DNA of 34,395 nt. Origin: Macrostomum lignano (lineage: Eukaryota). Positions 9,901 to 24,617 of this stretch are shown piece by piece. The DNA lies in assembly GCA_002269645.1 (NCBI GenBank), contig NIVC01004816.1, positions 1-34,395 of the forward strand, written 5' to 3'. The translations under genes and the position numbers were made by a program. A model generated the notes under the pieces. The model was not told where the DNA came from. It searched no databases and saw nothing but the letters and a program-made list of their open reading frames with translations. Numbering within the stretch: the stretch's first letter is position 1; each line of letters starts with the position of its first letter.

Positions 9901-11589
9901 TGAGTAGAATGCACTCTTGAGCTTTCAATAATCCTTACAATCCATCTCACCGACTTATCTATTCAGGGATTTAAATGTTGAAGCAAGGTTTTGTGCTAAA
10001 AAATGTTTTGGCTAGAAAAGTTGACTACAAAAGCCACTGGTCGCCCAACGCATGTAGGAAGTAGAGAGAAACCCAGCGAACCGGGTAGGACTTTTAAAAT
10101 AGAAAGTGTATCCTTGAAAGAGGCAGAGAGGGATCTTACTCGTTTACTCTCTCTTTCTCAGTTAAGCTCCTACTCGTGTGCCAACTGGGTCTACAGGCTC
10201 AACCCTCCTCCACGCGGGTCCCATGCAGTCCCAGTGCGAATCCCAGGGCTAATCCTCGTAGCCATTCAAAAGCAAAGAAAGAATTCTCAGCAGAACACCG
10301 ATAGCAGGCAAGCTGAGCGCAACTAAAAACATGCAGTGCGAGCTTATTTTTCATGGTAGCTGCTGGCATCAAACTGACTAGATGGCGCTTGACGCATCAG
10401 ATACATACATGCTCGGCGGTAGGTAAACAAAGTTTTTTGTGTAGAAATTAAAAATCTGGAATAGGAACACCGTTGGAAAGAAATTAGGCCAAAATAGTGA
10501 AGTGCTTAAATGCTGAACTATAGCTTCCATAGCATTTGCATGAGCTTGCAAAGCGCCACTGGCCGATGCTCTTAATGTACTAACGCTCGAGACTCCATTG
10601 AGCTCGGCCTCTTCCTGTCCCAGCTAGCGGCTCTCGCACGCATGGCAACAAAGTAGCCCGCCGAAGGAATGAGTTATTCTGTAGAAGCTAAACTTGGAAG
10701 AGAAGCGAAAGCCAGGGAGCGGAAGACAATTCTAGTGTGTCTGCTACTTCTTGGGTTCAGTCAATTTTTTAAAAAAACTGCACCTGCATTGAGAAAAGAG
10801 AATTAAGAAAAGCTCCGCAGAGAGTTGAGTAAGCAAAGGAAGCGAAAAAGACTCGAGACGTCGGGTGCCCCAGCGCCCTGATCGATACACGCCACACCAG
10901 GAGCCAAGATTTACCCTATGTAGAATCAGTGAGTAATGACTGCACGCCTGCAGGACCCTGCGAGTATCCTCGCTCCTCCAAAGCCGCTTTGAAGAGAGAA
11001 AGTTTAAGTCCGCAGGGTTTGCTCTGAGGGTCATACAGTTTAGATTGGCTTTGCTGCTCTGTCGCGGCTTCTCCGAACGCTCCCCCTCCGATTTTCTGGG
11101 TTGAAGAGTTTCAGATAGATGAGCGAGGCCAAGGTAAAGCCAAAATCAGTCGATAACTCATTACTGTGAGAGTGCGGACAGCAGCGCTAAGTCTACGGAC
11201 GTGCAAGCCAGTCTTCCTTTTCTGCTCCTTCAGCTCCTCGCCGTGAAACGGTTTCCCTCTATGCTGGAACATTGGCTGGTGGTAAAGTTAAAGCAGGTTT
11301 TCTGGATAGAGATAGACAATGGATAGAGACGGACAGCAGGCGGCAACAGTCGCTCCGGACCTTAAGGTCTAAGCGCCGATGTAGACAGACCCGTGCCCGT
11401 CCATCTTATTTGTTGGCAAACAATCCCAGAGAGTAATTCCAGCTGGATCTAACGCTCTAAAAAGTGCATTCAACGAAGTCGTGGTTGGTCCCGTGGGTCT
11501 CAAAAATGCGGTCCCAAATTATTCGCAGTATCGGCGCAGTTTTGCATTTAGTAAAGTTTGTTAAAACAAACCGTCAGTCCAGGTGCAAT

Positions 11590-11622
11590 CAGCTGCTATA
11601 AAGGGGTTTATGCAGACAGCTG
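11590..11622 (+). promoter_or_regulatory. Possible core promoter: E-box - TATA - E-box
   Basis: CAGCTG (11590), TATAAA (11598) and CAGCTG (11617), ~2.3 kb upstream of the first elav coding exon. Motif match only. Confidence 0.2.
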
Positions 11623-13605
11623 TTGCTGCATGCAGTGATGCTACCGTGCACTATAGGTTGCTGGGCGGAAACTGTCTCGGTGGGAGGGACCCTCCCGGGG
11701 GTATCCTGCCTGTAGCATCCCCTTCCCCTCCTCCCACCTGCCGCCGCGTCCTCCAGAAAAGGCTGAAAAAGTCAGCGTTGGAATTCAGCGCCCCCCCCCT
11801 CTGCGCGCAGATGCTGGCTTGGCCTGACAAACATGTGGGGCTAGCTTGGAACATCAGCAACAGCCCAGAGAGAAAGGACCTCATTAAGCCTTCATCATGC
11901 GGAGCTGCTGCAGCATCTCCATTTTCTCCTTCCCAACTCTGCGCGCCTCCATCTGCAGCTTTTTTAATAATGCTTCATCCGTTATTCATCCAACAGGCCT
12001 TGATGGGTTTCCCTTCTGGCGCTGGCTTCCTCGCCATCTCTATCTCTATACCAATGTGTTTTTTTCAACTCCATTGCAATGCCAGCACAGTGAAGTCCAG
12101 ACAGTTTTCATCGGCTATTAGGGTGCTTGTATAATTTCCTCATGACTTGATGCCGAGTTGGCGGATTTACAGTGCATAAAATTTCTCACTCTGTGCATTG
12201 GCTACGGTGCATTGTTGCAGCAGAATTCGCGTCTCTCTCTCTACCTCTTCTACCTTACCGTATAATAATTGCCCATGATGCTGTCTCGGACCCTGCCGCT
12301 GCTAATGACGCCAGCGCTGCAATCCACTCTCCCCGCAAGCTGCAAGGGGCCAGCGGCAAGCCTATTTCCCCCTTGTGTCAATGTTTGAAATTGACCGGCG
12401 GCACCCGTTAGCCGCCCCTCACGCTCCCCACTTTCACCCTAGGCCGCGCCAATGCACCGCCCAAAAAAACTGGGAAGCCTCGGCGGAGGCTAATTCTTGT
12501 TCTCGACTCCCGGGCAGCTGTGGCCAACTCTCTCCTGCCTTGCTGCATGGAATGAGACAGAGGGGGGAGGCGCACACGCATTATCAGCATCCGCGTGGCG
12601 GTTCAGGTCTGCTGCCGGCTGCCGCTGGCAAAGACGGAAAAAAGACAGGAAATGGAGGAGTGGAACTTTAGAGAGAAAAAATGGGTGACTGCATGGCTGG
12701 CCGCAGGAATGGGATTTTTTGGCGACTTTAGGGCTTCGAGATTCCCCAGTCTCTCTCCGGCTGTCTGTCGGCTCTACCAGCACAGATGGGGGCCCATTTT
12801 TCTGCTTTTCCACAAGGCCTGACATTGATGTCTCTGCAGAAGGCATTCTATCTGTGCGCTGATTTATAGCCGTGGCCCATGCAAGCTTGACGAGCATGTT
12901 ATGACTGAGTCACCCCACGTCCAGGTTTCTTTTCCACTCCGTCTACAGTTGCCAGTGAAAATTTGATTTTTACAATTTCTCAAACTGAGCGGATGGGAAG
13001 GTACAGCAGGGCCACCCGGCACGTACTGTGGGCTTTCAATTGAAAAATAAATCGCTCTCACTGAAGCGGGCGGGTGGGAGAAAAAACTGCAGAGACACGC
13101 CAGAGACACTGACGCATGAAAGGAACTGAAACCAGATGGTTGGAATTGGATTTCTCAGCAATGCAGGTGGGACAAACGAGGTGAGACAACTCTGTCCATT
13201 GCCAGACTCACACAGGGAGCCTTCATCTAGTATAGATTGGGTTAACTATACCAATGAGCGCATTTTTTCACTCTAACTCTGTGAATGTCTTTCCTGCCCC
13301 ATCATGTCCGGCGTCTCTTCCCAACTCCCAAGCAGATCCTCTCTCCCCATAAGCAGGGACAAAGATGCATTGACGCTGAGTTGGAACTTGAGAGTAGATG
13401 TCTGAGGGTGCCCCGCACGCACCGCTTTCCTCAATTATTCATCGGGCAATTTCCTGTACAAGGAGGACTCGGCTGGGCTGCAATCAGCAGCCGCCCTTCA
13501 AGCCGGGAGCCCCCATCGCCCCCTCAGGTCCCCCTGTATGCCTTCTCTTCTCTGTATTTGTATTTCATCAGTCAAGGGTCATGTGTCCTGCTGTTGAGGC
13601 TTTGA

Positions 13606-14319
<714 letters not shown>

Positions 14320-16364
14320 TAGTCAGTCAGCAAATATCCTACAGCAGTCTCTCTGTGTAGCCCCTCCCCACTTAATGCACTGTCAGTGCGCCGTTTCTAA
14401 AGCAATATACTCGTAGATCGATCAGGTCGAAGCCCGTTGTTCACTGAGCGAGAGATGGGAAAGAGAGAGTGAGCTGGGGGCAACTCCGACTGGCAATCTC
14501 TATGCTGATGCGGCTTCCAATGAGGCTTACGAGAGTGGGGAAACGGTTGCAGAAGCCCACTCGACCGCGCACACATTGCAGCAGCTTATACTATAAGTTT
14601 AGCCGATGCCTGCAGATTTTCGAATGCTCTACCATCCCATACTCGCCCCCCCCCTTGTAGTCGATCAATCATGCGCAGCTGGGAAATGAGTCTTAGGGGA
14701 AGCTGCGCGTCTGTGCTTAGCATCCACTTTCTCCTGCGGGCCTCTCTCTCTCCCTCTGTCTCTCCATTCTCTTTCTACTCCGTCGCTCTGGCCCAAATTG
14801 AGCTGTTACTCAAGTTGACGCGAACGGCAGCAGACGCGGCCCCACGTGGATAGATTGATCGCCAAGAGAATTTGGTCCCAGCCGCCAGCATTGCCGCCCG
14901 CTATGCCAAAAATTCCACACCGTCCCGCGAGTCCAATAGTTGTTGAATTGACCTCCCGGATGAGAAACTCTTCACAGATCTCGATGTTGAAAAACCGCCT
15001 TCCCAGCTGATCGATTTCATCTCCCTGAGAGGTCCATTTTTTCTCCCAAAGACTCTCTCCATCCTCTTTGCTTTCCCGATTTCAGCAATCATCAACTCCA
15101 CCAGCAGAAAATGAACTCGCTTTTAGGGGGAGCGAAAAAAGCCCACACAGAAGGCCATCAGTGGCCGCAGCTGGTTCAAATTGCCGCCGCTGGTCACCTC
15201 TCTCTCGGGTAATTGAAGTCGCCTGTGCAAGTAATGGGCACTGCAGCCTCTGGCGATGAGAAAGTGAAGTGGGAGTCGGGTAGTTGGGGACGGAGAGAGA
15301 GAGGCGGCAAGGAAATCGAAGAGGAGCTGGTTGAGCTGAAGAGAAGGAGCTGGTCAGGTAGAATATATCGCTCGTCTATATAAAAAGTAATTTAGTCCAG
15401 CTGGAGCCAGCAGAAAGCGTTTTTCTCCTTTCTCTTCAAGCAGGAGAGAGAGAGACAGAGGAGAAAGTGGATGTCAGGCAAGCCCCCCGGGGGGGGATTA
15501 CTCTCTTGGCAACCGCCCAACCTGATTTTTAGTGGCCATTTTAGCGGAAGAAAAGTCGCGATAGACAGTCTGCCGAAGATACTGGAACTCCCTCAGTTCT
15601 ATACTCTACTCTGGTATTTCGCCATTAGCAGCTAGCGAGCTCGCATCCCGCAGGACACCCCAATCGCTTTTTCTCTCTCCACTGCCCTCCCACTTCAGCC
15701 TTGAGGATTCGTGCTCAGGCATGTCTCCTTTCCTCATCTACCGGCTGTCCCCACCCTCATCATCCAAGCCTGCCTTAATTCCTTTACTTTCACCTCGCTT
15801 TCACCCTAAACTGGGCAGGCTGGCCCAGTCTGGGCCTGACTTTTTGGCATCTTTATTGCATTCCAAAGTCGAGCTAAACCCCAGCCCTGAAAGCCTCTTC
15901 TTTCCCCCATTCTGCTCCAGTTCTGCCCCGCAAGCCCGTCCCGCTATCCAATGTTAACCGATGTCTCCCAATACCCTTCCAATTTTTACCCAACTCATGT
16001 CAGCCCGATCAGGGTGGGGATACGACGAGTTGAGTCCAATATGCAGGATCCTTAAGCCTTGAGCTCAGATGATGAGCACAGGACTATATAAAAAGCAAAA
16101 CAGAAGCAGGGTGAGAATAGGGGAATCCGAGAGCATTATGAGAGCACTATTGTTGTATAAAATAGTACAAACACTTGTCTTGAACCAACTCTAAAGGTAT
16201 AGAAAAGATAAAACTAAGGTTTACACCACGACCAAAACTAAGATACTCATAGAAACAGTTAGTGTTTAAATAAATCAGTCAGCTAAAAAAAGTTTAAAGG
16301 ATAAGGTATTTCGTAAGCAGGCACAGTGCGGAGATGAGGGAGGCAGGGAGCGTAGCGAAGAGTT

Positions 16365-16692
16365 CGGTAGAGGTAGAGAGCGGTAGAGGTAGAGAGCGGT
16401 AGAGGTAGAGAGCGGTAGAGGTAGAGAGCGGTAGAGGTAGAGAGCGGTAGAGGTAGAGAGCGGTAGAGGTAGAGAGCGGTAGAGGTAGAGAGCGGTAGAG
16501 GTAGAGAGCGGTAGAGGTAGAGAGCGGTAGAGGTAGAGAGCGGTAGAGGTAGAGAGCGGTAGAGGTAGAGAGCGGTAGAGGTAGAGAGCGGTAGAGGTAG
16601 AGAGCGGTAGAGGTAGAGAGCGGTAGAGGTAGAGAGCGGTAGAGGTAGAGAGCGGTAGAGGTAGAGAGAGAGGTAGAGAGAGAGGTAGAGAG
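16365..16692. repeat. 16-bp minisatellite (CGGTAGAGGTAGAGAG) x19 plus two 12-bp partial units, elav intron 1
   Basis: Perfect units 16365-16668, then AGAGGTAGAGAG twice. Confidence 0.97.
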
Positions 16693-17279
16693 CGGCGGGA
16701 GCGGAAGAGAGAAAGAGAGAGCGGCCAGAGCTGCAGACGGAACTGGGGAGAGTAAGAGAAGGCCATAAGGCGAAGTCGAGAGGCCGCTAGGAGCGCATCT
16801 CTGCCTCCCGATGCATTTCCGAAACACGGGTCGACGCAATTTCCTCCTGGCAACTCGCAGGCGACCTGGAGATCGGACTTACTGCAGACAGACGGACAGA
16901 AAACCCCGATTTCTGTGCAATCCAGCTGCAGACCCACAGAAATCAAGGAGGGTTCGGCTGGGGGCGATGGGTTTTAACATTCTGAAATTCGAAAAGCAAC
17001 AATTTTTATCAATAATTATGCGTGGCCACTGGACAAGCTAAAATCTACTTGGTCGAAGAACACAGCGGATAATGCAGGTATTCAGGTGGAATTTGATTTG
17101 GATTTAACAAGCAGCGCAATAGCAGGACAGTGTGCGCTCTACCTGGCCAAACTGCAAGCGCCATCTGCTGCTGCAGGGGGCTCCCGGCATCCGCTAACCC
17201 CTGGCGACCACGAGCAGCTGGTGCTGCGGTGTTGCTCTGGGAGATCCGGTGATGCCGGGGTTTGCAGCGCGGTTCCCCT

Positions 17280-17530
17280 CTGGACATTCCAAAACGGAGA
17301 GCCTGGAAACGTTGGAAAGGTCCGGTTTGGGCCGAGGTAGGCGAGCCTGACGTGAGTAAAGGCGGCCGGGCAGTCACAGATGATGTGCTCCGCATTCTCA
17401 ACACAAGAGAGGCAGAATGGACATTCCTCATTGCGGATTTTCCCATTGCTACCTTCAGCCATGGCCTGAGAGGGCGATGGTTACCGCACTGATATGTCCC
17501 TGCGGTTGAGTCCAAGCAGGGCCCCTATCT
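17280..17530 (-). mobile_element. Decayed non-LTR retrotransposon (LINE, R1/LOA/I-like) 3' ORF2 fragment with CCHC zinc knuckle
   Basis: The minus strand reads LLGLNRRDIS / VTIALSGHG / MGKIRNEECPFCLSCVENAEHIICDCPA..HVRLAYLGP across frameshifts. This matches the LTGHG...CxxC...ExxxHxxCxCPA...RxxxLG terminal motif of RNase H-bearing LINEs. Confidence 0.75.
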
Positions 17531-20500
17531 GGTGAATTAAACAGAATAGAATAATTCAACAATCCGTTTGAGTCAGATCAGACAGAGCAGTTTCAAACCG
17601 ACTAGACTAGGAAAAAAGTTTTAGCCATTGAAATCTTCAAGTCGATCCAAGCTGACTGCGGCTAAACAGTGCCTATTCCCTAGGCGGAGTTCAGATGAGT
17701 AAATCTTTCTAAAATGCGCTTCCTCGTATATAGAGCATAAAGAGTGACAGAGGCAGAGCCCAGGGCCCGGAGGCTGACACAGGGAGACAGACGGACAGAC
17801 GGATCCCATCCCGCCCTGGGTGCAATTAAGCTGAGGGCCGACCATGGCCTGTTTCGGCTGTTTAGTATACTGGCTATGGGATCCGTTTAGCTTCAGTTCT
17901 TGGCGTCTGCGGCAGCTGGGCTGGTGTGGAGGGGGGCAATTCCACGCTAATTACTTTAAGTCCCTCCCTCCTCATCCAGTCAATTCCCGTTTTAATTTTA
18001 TATAACGCTATAGTTGTTCTCGTCGACCAGGGAGGGGGCTTAGGGAGGGGACATTTAAGTTAATAATTTAGCTGGGAGAATCTCATTTAACCGCCGTCTG
18101 TTCGGCTCGCTTTCTCTTCCCCACTCCCCTTCCCCGCTGCACCCGGACTTGACGCGGTCAAGTTAAAGTTTTCAGCAGAAAAAACCACAGCCAACAGTCG
18201 CCATGCGAAGAGGAGACTGCACACCGAATTCCTCAGTTGGGATAAGGACCGCCCGGCCGGTGAAGGTGTGGAAAGGGCGTGTCAATCAGGCCCATATCGA
18301 GCCGGTTAAAACTGCGCGCACAGCTGTTGGTATTTTGAAAGAGAGAGGCCAAATCGGGGTGGGGGACGCGCTGGACAGTCCAGAAGCGAATGATGGAGGC
18401 AGGGGATATTTCTCTAGTTCAGGAATTTTCCCCAAATGCGCCATCCAGCGGGTTATCTCTGCTAATCCCAGGGCTTCGACTTCGCTCCCAAGCCGCCCAA
18501 GCTGAACATGTTATTGGGTGTGTCAGAATATCCACCTGGACCCCGGTGACCAACCAAGAATGGCCCAATGATGGGATCTGTAATATTGCGTGTGTCAGTT
18601 TCTCTTCTATTCTTTTGGCAAACAACATCGTCGTTTGCCAGTAACAAGAAGAAGAGTGTTGGGCAATTCGATAAGTGGAAGAGGCGGAGTTTGGGATGTG
18701 GCACTTTGCAGAGAAAGTAAGCAAAGAGGCTGTTAAAGAGATGGAGATAAGAGAGTAGGATGGATTTCATTGAGTTCAGCAGATATCAGCTGGCAATTAT
18801 GCAGGGCCAGAGCGCCTGACCCCGGCCCTCAGCATCCGGGGACGCCACTTGATGAGAGCGGCGCTGAGTCAGCAGTAATGTGAAGATAGATATTTCAAAA
18901 GCTTAGCGAACTGACAGACGTACTGTAAATTGTATACTATTTTATATCTGGTATTAGTGGCGCATGGGCGTCGCAACATCCGGGGAGGGGGGGGGCGATT
19001 TCGGCGGCTGCGTCACGGGGATGTCACGTGACAGAGGATCGCCTCCCCCAATTCAACAGTCAGCGGCTATTGACCGTTAATTAAATCTCGCATCGAATCA
19101 GTCACAGCTATGGGAAGAAAGTCTTTTCCGCTTGCTGGAGTCTTACACATTTTTTATAGATAGAAGCGCAACCTACTGATTATACTGCAACTTCCTACTG
19201 GTCAGGCAAGGACTGGATATTCTGGACTCGATTTCTGATGCCGTAATCAAATACGGAGATGCTACAGCTCATTCAACTGACTTTGTGTTCTGTGTTGAAT
19301 GCATCAACAAAAAACATTTGATTCAACTGCTCACAATTTGGCTTGTTATAGCTGGGCACTGAGACTCTAGACAGAGCAGTCTGTCTGGCCTGTGAGTCAC
19401 GCCTCCACCCCAGCTGTCGAGGGGAACTCGACTCGTATCTTCCCGGCCCGACCCATCCCGGGGATTTATTATGCAAATTCTCTCTCGCAGCAGCGGGGCC
19501 CTCCTTCGATTCTCTTTGCCCACGATCTCATCTATCCGTCTGAGAAGGAAGGGAGGAGGATGAGAGGATCTCTGGCAGGGGCGGTGTTTCCCGTAAGACT
19601 AAAGATAATCTTGCCAAATCCTTCGGCTCCCAGCTTCCCAAAGCGACCTCCATCTGCTGAGCTTGAGGGAGCTGCATGTCTTTAGATTCGAAGACGAAGG
19701 CAGGGAAAAGAAGGAGAGAATGGGGAAGTTTGATATGGATGGGAGGCCAGGGGAGGCCTCTTCCCAAGTTGTTTCGCCCCCTCAGCCCACCAGCTCAAGC
19801 TTCGCCATGCTCCAGTTCTTGAAAAACTTCTCCTTCCCCCTAAAACGGCTCCCGCTGATTGAGTTCGATCGATTCCGGCAGGCTCCATCGAGTGGAGCAA
19901 GTTCTCCCCGGGGAGGGCGAGCCTGCAGGGGAAGATTGAGAGAGAGGGAAGCGAGTCGGAGCGGAGGCTGCCTACTTCTTTTGCTGTCAGCCGCCACTCC
20001 AGTTCAGTCTGGCATGAATGCGACCACTCCAATTCAGTTGTTTGTTTCTGGGCAGCTTCGATTCGGGATTGAGAGGGCGAGAGTATGCTCTTCTTTAGAC
20101 GGTAACTCTACAGTCTCCTTACTTAGCACAAGCAGAGCTCTCTACTGGCTCCAACATCTTGACTTTATTGAACTCAAATTGTCTTTACCTTCGATCCGTA
20201 TTCCCACACAGATACCTGTATTGTGATCCATTAATGAACCTCGACGCTTGATCGAGTCCTGATGAACTGATACCTTTATTTGAGTCCATTATGTACCAGT
20301 GGTCAAGCGCGGCGCTCTGATTTGCCAGTGGCCCCAGGCTCGATTTGGGGCTAAACTGGAATCTCGTCTTGGCTCTGCTCGAGCAATTAACGCCCTTGAG
20401 AGCCAACCCCCCAAGGCACAGTGAAGTGTACATGCCAAACGACAAAAAAGTTAGGGCCGCTGTACACTCCTGTGTGGGTGTGTGCCTGTGCGTATGACTG

Positions 20501-20598
20501 CGTATGGGAGTTGGCGGAATGGGCAGTAATGCCTCTCGCCGGTTGTGTGACAATGTCGCTTAAAGTGCGCCATAGTGCACACAGCCCCCTGACTCTAA

Positions 20599-20889
<291 letters not shown>

Positions 20890-21031
20890 GTGAGACAGGT
20901 TCAAGGATTTTATTTGGTGGCTTACAGAGCCCCGGCAGGTACAGAAAAATTCTTCATTGCTTGGCGAACAGCGATGCTCCTAAAAGGTTTTGATGCTTAG
21001 GCAACAACGGTGCCTGAGACGGAAATTCTTT

Positions 21032-21459
21032 GGACGGCGATGCTTACATGTAGTGAACAGCGGATGCTTAGGACGGCGATGCCTAGTGAACAGCGGATGC
21101 TTAGGACGGCGATTCTTAGTGAACAGCGGATGTTTAGGACGGCGATTCTTAGTGAACAGCGGATGCTTAGGACGGCGATTCTTAGTGAACAGCGGATGTT
21201 TAGGACGGCGATTCTTAGTGAACAGCGGATGCTTAGGACGGCGATTCTTAGTGAACAGCGGATGTTTAGGACGGCGATTCTTAGTGAACAGCGGATGCTT
21301 AGGACGGCGATGCTTAGTGAACAGCGGATGTTTAGGACGGCGATTCTTAGTGAACAGCGGATGCTTAGGACGGCGATGCTTAGTGAACAGCGGATGCTTA
21401 GGACGGCGATTCTTAGTGAACAGCGGATGTTTAGGACGGCGATTCTTAGTGAACAGCGA
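21032..21459. repeat. 33-bp minisatellite (TAGTGAACAGCGGATG(C/T)TTAGGACGGCGAT(T/G)CT), ~13 copies, elav intron 2
   Basis: Direct tandem periodicity of 33 nt, no spacers. Confidence 0.95.
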
Positions 21460-21843
21460 TGTTTGTGATTAGAAGCCAAGATCTTTCTGTCGTGTGTTCA
21501 AAATCAAGAAGCTAAAAAAGAGCTTTCGCATCATCTAAGAGAAGGGCGGTTTCCAGAAGGCCTAGTCAGTTTACAATTGAAACGGGTATCTGCGTCAAAA
21601 AGATAAGTAAGCTTCGTCGATTTCAAACGCGCTTCAATGCATCCGCAGTGTCACTTTACTAAGGATTATAGCTCGTACTAGTGCTTCGAAGCCAAAGGAA
21701 TCAGTCAGTCAGTCAGTATAGTTGGCAGAGATTTGAGGCCTCAGCGATAGAATACTGATGAAATGTCATACAGAGATTCTGTTCCATAGTAAATAATTTG
21801 ATGATTTTAGTCGAGACAAACAGCTGAGACCCCCCCCCTTCAG

Positions 21844-22096
21844 GTCTTTCCAAGGGCGTCGGATTCATCCGGTTCGATCAGAAGTTCGAAGCTGAGCTGG
21901 CCATCAAAAAGCTGAACGGTCACGTGCCAGACGGCGCAGCAGAGCCGGTCACGGTGAAGTTCGCCAACTCGCCGAGCTCTAGCAAGGCCGGCAGCCTCGG
22001 CCTGGCGCTGCTCCAGCAGGCCTACCAGCTGCAGGCGCCCGCGGCAGCGCGGAGCGTCATCGGCCCGATTCACAGCCTGGCCAGCAGCCGGATCAG
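21844..22096 (+). CDS. elav: ELAV/Hu exon 3 (rest of RRM2, start of hinge)
   Basis: [45 protein letters not shown]...[12 protein letters not shown](R). CAG acceptor ends at 21843; GTTAGC donor at 22097; phases consistent. Confidence 0.95.
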
Positions 22097-23672
22097 GTTA
22101 GCAAAAAATTCCCTGGCTTCCATTCTGACTCTGAGCCATGGAGACTAAATTAGGGGTCGCTTTCATAGTGGACCGCGCTGTGGATTTTGGTCTTATGAAG
22201 CCTTTCCCCTCCTCCCTTAGGTGCTAAAAACGGAAAAATTTCTGTCTCGCCAATGTACGAAGATCGCATGAGTGCTTTTTACCATAGACACGCGCTCGTT
22301 AGCGTTCAAGAATCTCGTTCCTAAATTGATTCTATTGAAAGCATAGGCCATGAAGTTCAACCATAGACAAAATCAATCCTGCACGCTGGAATGGGTGAGG
22401 GGAGGGGTGATCAGAGGGAGGAGGGATAAGGAGATTACAACTGAATGCTAGTTGTCACCATAGATCTTATACTCTTATGATCTTTGGGTGTCACTATAAA
22501 AACAAAAAACTAAATTTCAATCCTGCAGCCATGGACAACTCAAGTAGAAGGACGGGGAAACAAAATTTCTAGGACTTTTTTGCAGGCAGGTATTGTCGAA
22601 AAATGCATGGCAAAAATAGTATTCATTTTTCAGCAGAAAATTTGTATAAATTGCTTCTGATAAATGGCAGACCCAATGTTAATCTTTTGATATGACTTTC
22701 TTTTTATAAAACAAATAAAACAAATTGTGCCACTTTAATGATTTTTACGCGCAGGACACGTACCTGGGATACAAAATAACATAGAGTCCAAATTTTCTAA
22801 ACAAAAAAGCCCTTACCTGCACCTACATTGCATTAGACCTAAAGGAGGTTTTGCCATAGACAAAAATCAGTTCCGCACGCAGAGTCAAATAAGAATGCCG
22901 GCCGGTTGGAGCGAAAATCGGCTTCCAATTTTCGCACGAATTCTGAGTGCAGCATCCCTCTGCTACAGAAGCTTAATTGTCCATGATCTGAGCTGCTTAA
23001 AGTACATATATTATGAATACGGCGATGGTTAAGACGGCAAGCAAGGCCAGTAATAAGACGCACAGGTTGATCGCATCAACACAGTCAGTTTATAGCTCGT
23101 ACTATAGACTTCCCAGTGCCCCGCCAAGCCACGCCAGCGGATCGCATGCAGTTTACAATTTCCTTTTTTGCAGTCTCGTTTTCCTGGCGTTAATAAGCCT
23201 ATGATAAGCACTTGTATATTTTCGATGCTTCCGTTGGATCAAAGTGCCTGATCAGTTTGCTTTATTGACTGTTTGATAATAAGATTTTTGTTTAAAATGT
23301 TGACGACAGAGTGAGCCACTTTGTTTTAAGCCCTTATTCTATAACCATGGCTTTTCCGCGATTCATATTCTTACCAGACTACTTATCGGAATAGAATATA
23401 GTAGTTAATACCCTTATAAAGTTTAATGAGCATCACAACATATGCTACTTACAAGTAGCGTTTTGAAAATAAAACATGTACCCATATGTTTTGTTTATAT
23501 TTACACAGATATCTACACCCCAGTAGCGTACCAGATTGAGTGTCTATTCTGATTTTATGTTATCCTTTGTTACATCGGCTTTCTTAACGGTCTCTCTCAC
23601 ATTATTCATTCTCTCTCCGATTCTTCGAAATTATTGTTCTAAGCATTGATCCAGGGGTTAGTAAGACTTAAA

Positions 23673-23853
23673 TACTGAGGACTTGAGTACTTAGGACTTG
23701 AGTACTTAACTTGAGTACTTAGGACTTAAGTACTTTGGGGACTCAAGTCTTAAGTCCTAAGTACTCAAGTCCTAAGTACTCAAGTCCTAAGTACTCAAGT
23801 CCTAAGTACTCAAGTCCTAAGTACTCAAGTCCTTAGTACTCAAGTCCTAAGTA
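23673..23853. repeat. 15-bp satellite in head-to-head (fold-back) arrangement, elav intron 3
   Basis: ACTTAGGACTTGAGT units (23673-23732) followed by the reverse-complement units ACTCAAGTCCTAAGT (23741-23853). Confidence 0.9.
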
Positions 23854-24001
23854 ACTCTCAATGCCAAAAAACTCAAACAGCCTTGGTTTAAGACTTTTCC
23901 GATCTCGCTATGTCTCCGCTTTTCTATCCCAATTATTTTTTCCTACATTTAATTTGCTTTGTCTCCTTCTCTCCTTGACCCCGACGCCGTCTCGCTAAAA
24001 G

Positions 24002-24226
24002 GTACTCCCCGCTAGAGGGCTGCCAGGTGCCCGTCCGAGCCCTGGCCTCCACCTTGGCCGCCGCGGCGCCCTGCCCCGTGTCCATGGGCACCAGGCCGCA
24101 GCTGCCGCTGGCGCAGCCTCAGCAGCCAACAACGGCTTCTGCATTTCAAGCCGCCGCCGCCGCCGCCGCCGCCGCAGCAGCCGCCGCGTATCCGCAGCCG
24201 GCCGTCTCCTTTGCCGCCTTCAACGG
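24002..24226 (+). CDS. elav: ELAV/Hu exon 4 (hinge, polyAla)
   Basis: AG|G TAC TCC CCG CTA restores the conserved ELAV hinge motif R-Y-S-P-L. Polypyrimidine tract plus AAG acceptor ending at 24001; GTATGG donor at 24227 (phase 2, matching the next exon). Confidence 0.85.
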
Positions 24227-24617
24227 GTATGGAATCTGGGATGATCTGGGGAGTTGCCGATTGCGCTAGCTTACTTCTGTTCCCTTCTGTTCTACCAAGA
24301 GTTGTGTAGCTTTTAGTTGTCTTTTTAGTTTACCGATTTCGCAATATGATATCATAGATAAAAATCGGTTTATTATTTAAGTTTTTAACTTGGCGATGGC
24401 ACTGGTGGGAGAGTGGCTCAGTAGTGGGCAAAGTAAAGTTGTGTCTGCTGGTTGAAAGAGAAACGGGAAAGAGAAGGGAAGGTTGTTCTTGCAATAGTAT
24501 CCATTTATAACGAAAATTACTAAGAAAATAAGAAAAGTGTGTGGATTCTGAAAGGTTTCTTCGTTTTATTGTAAGACGAAATGAACTGACTGAGGAACCT
24601 AGACATTGATTGAAGGT

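Noticed and set aside
16275-16946. Minus-strand ORFs with LPLSTSTALYLYRS repeats
   Set aside because: Artefact of the 16-bp array.
20990-21479. Three overlapping repetitive ORFs; also considered as a CRISPR array
   Set aside because: 33-bp tandem units with no unique spacers, inside elav intron 2 of a eukaryotic gene, with no cas genes.
23652-23886. hAT-type TIR (CAGGGGTT) around the fold-back satellite
   Set aside because: The right end matches poorly and no 8-bp TSD was found.
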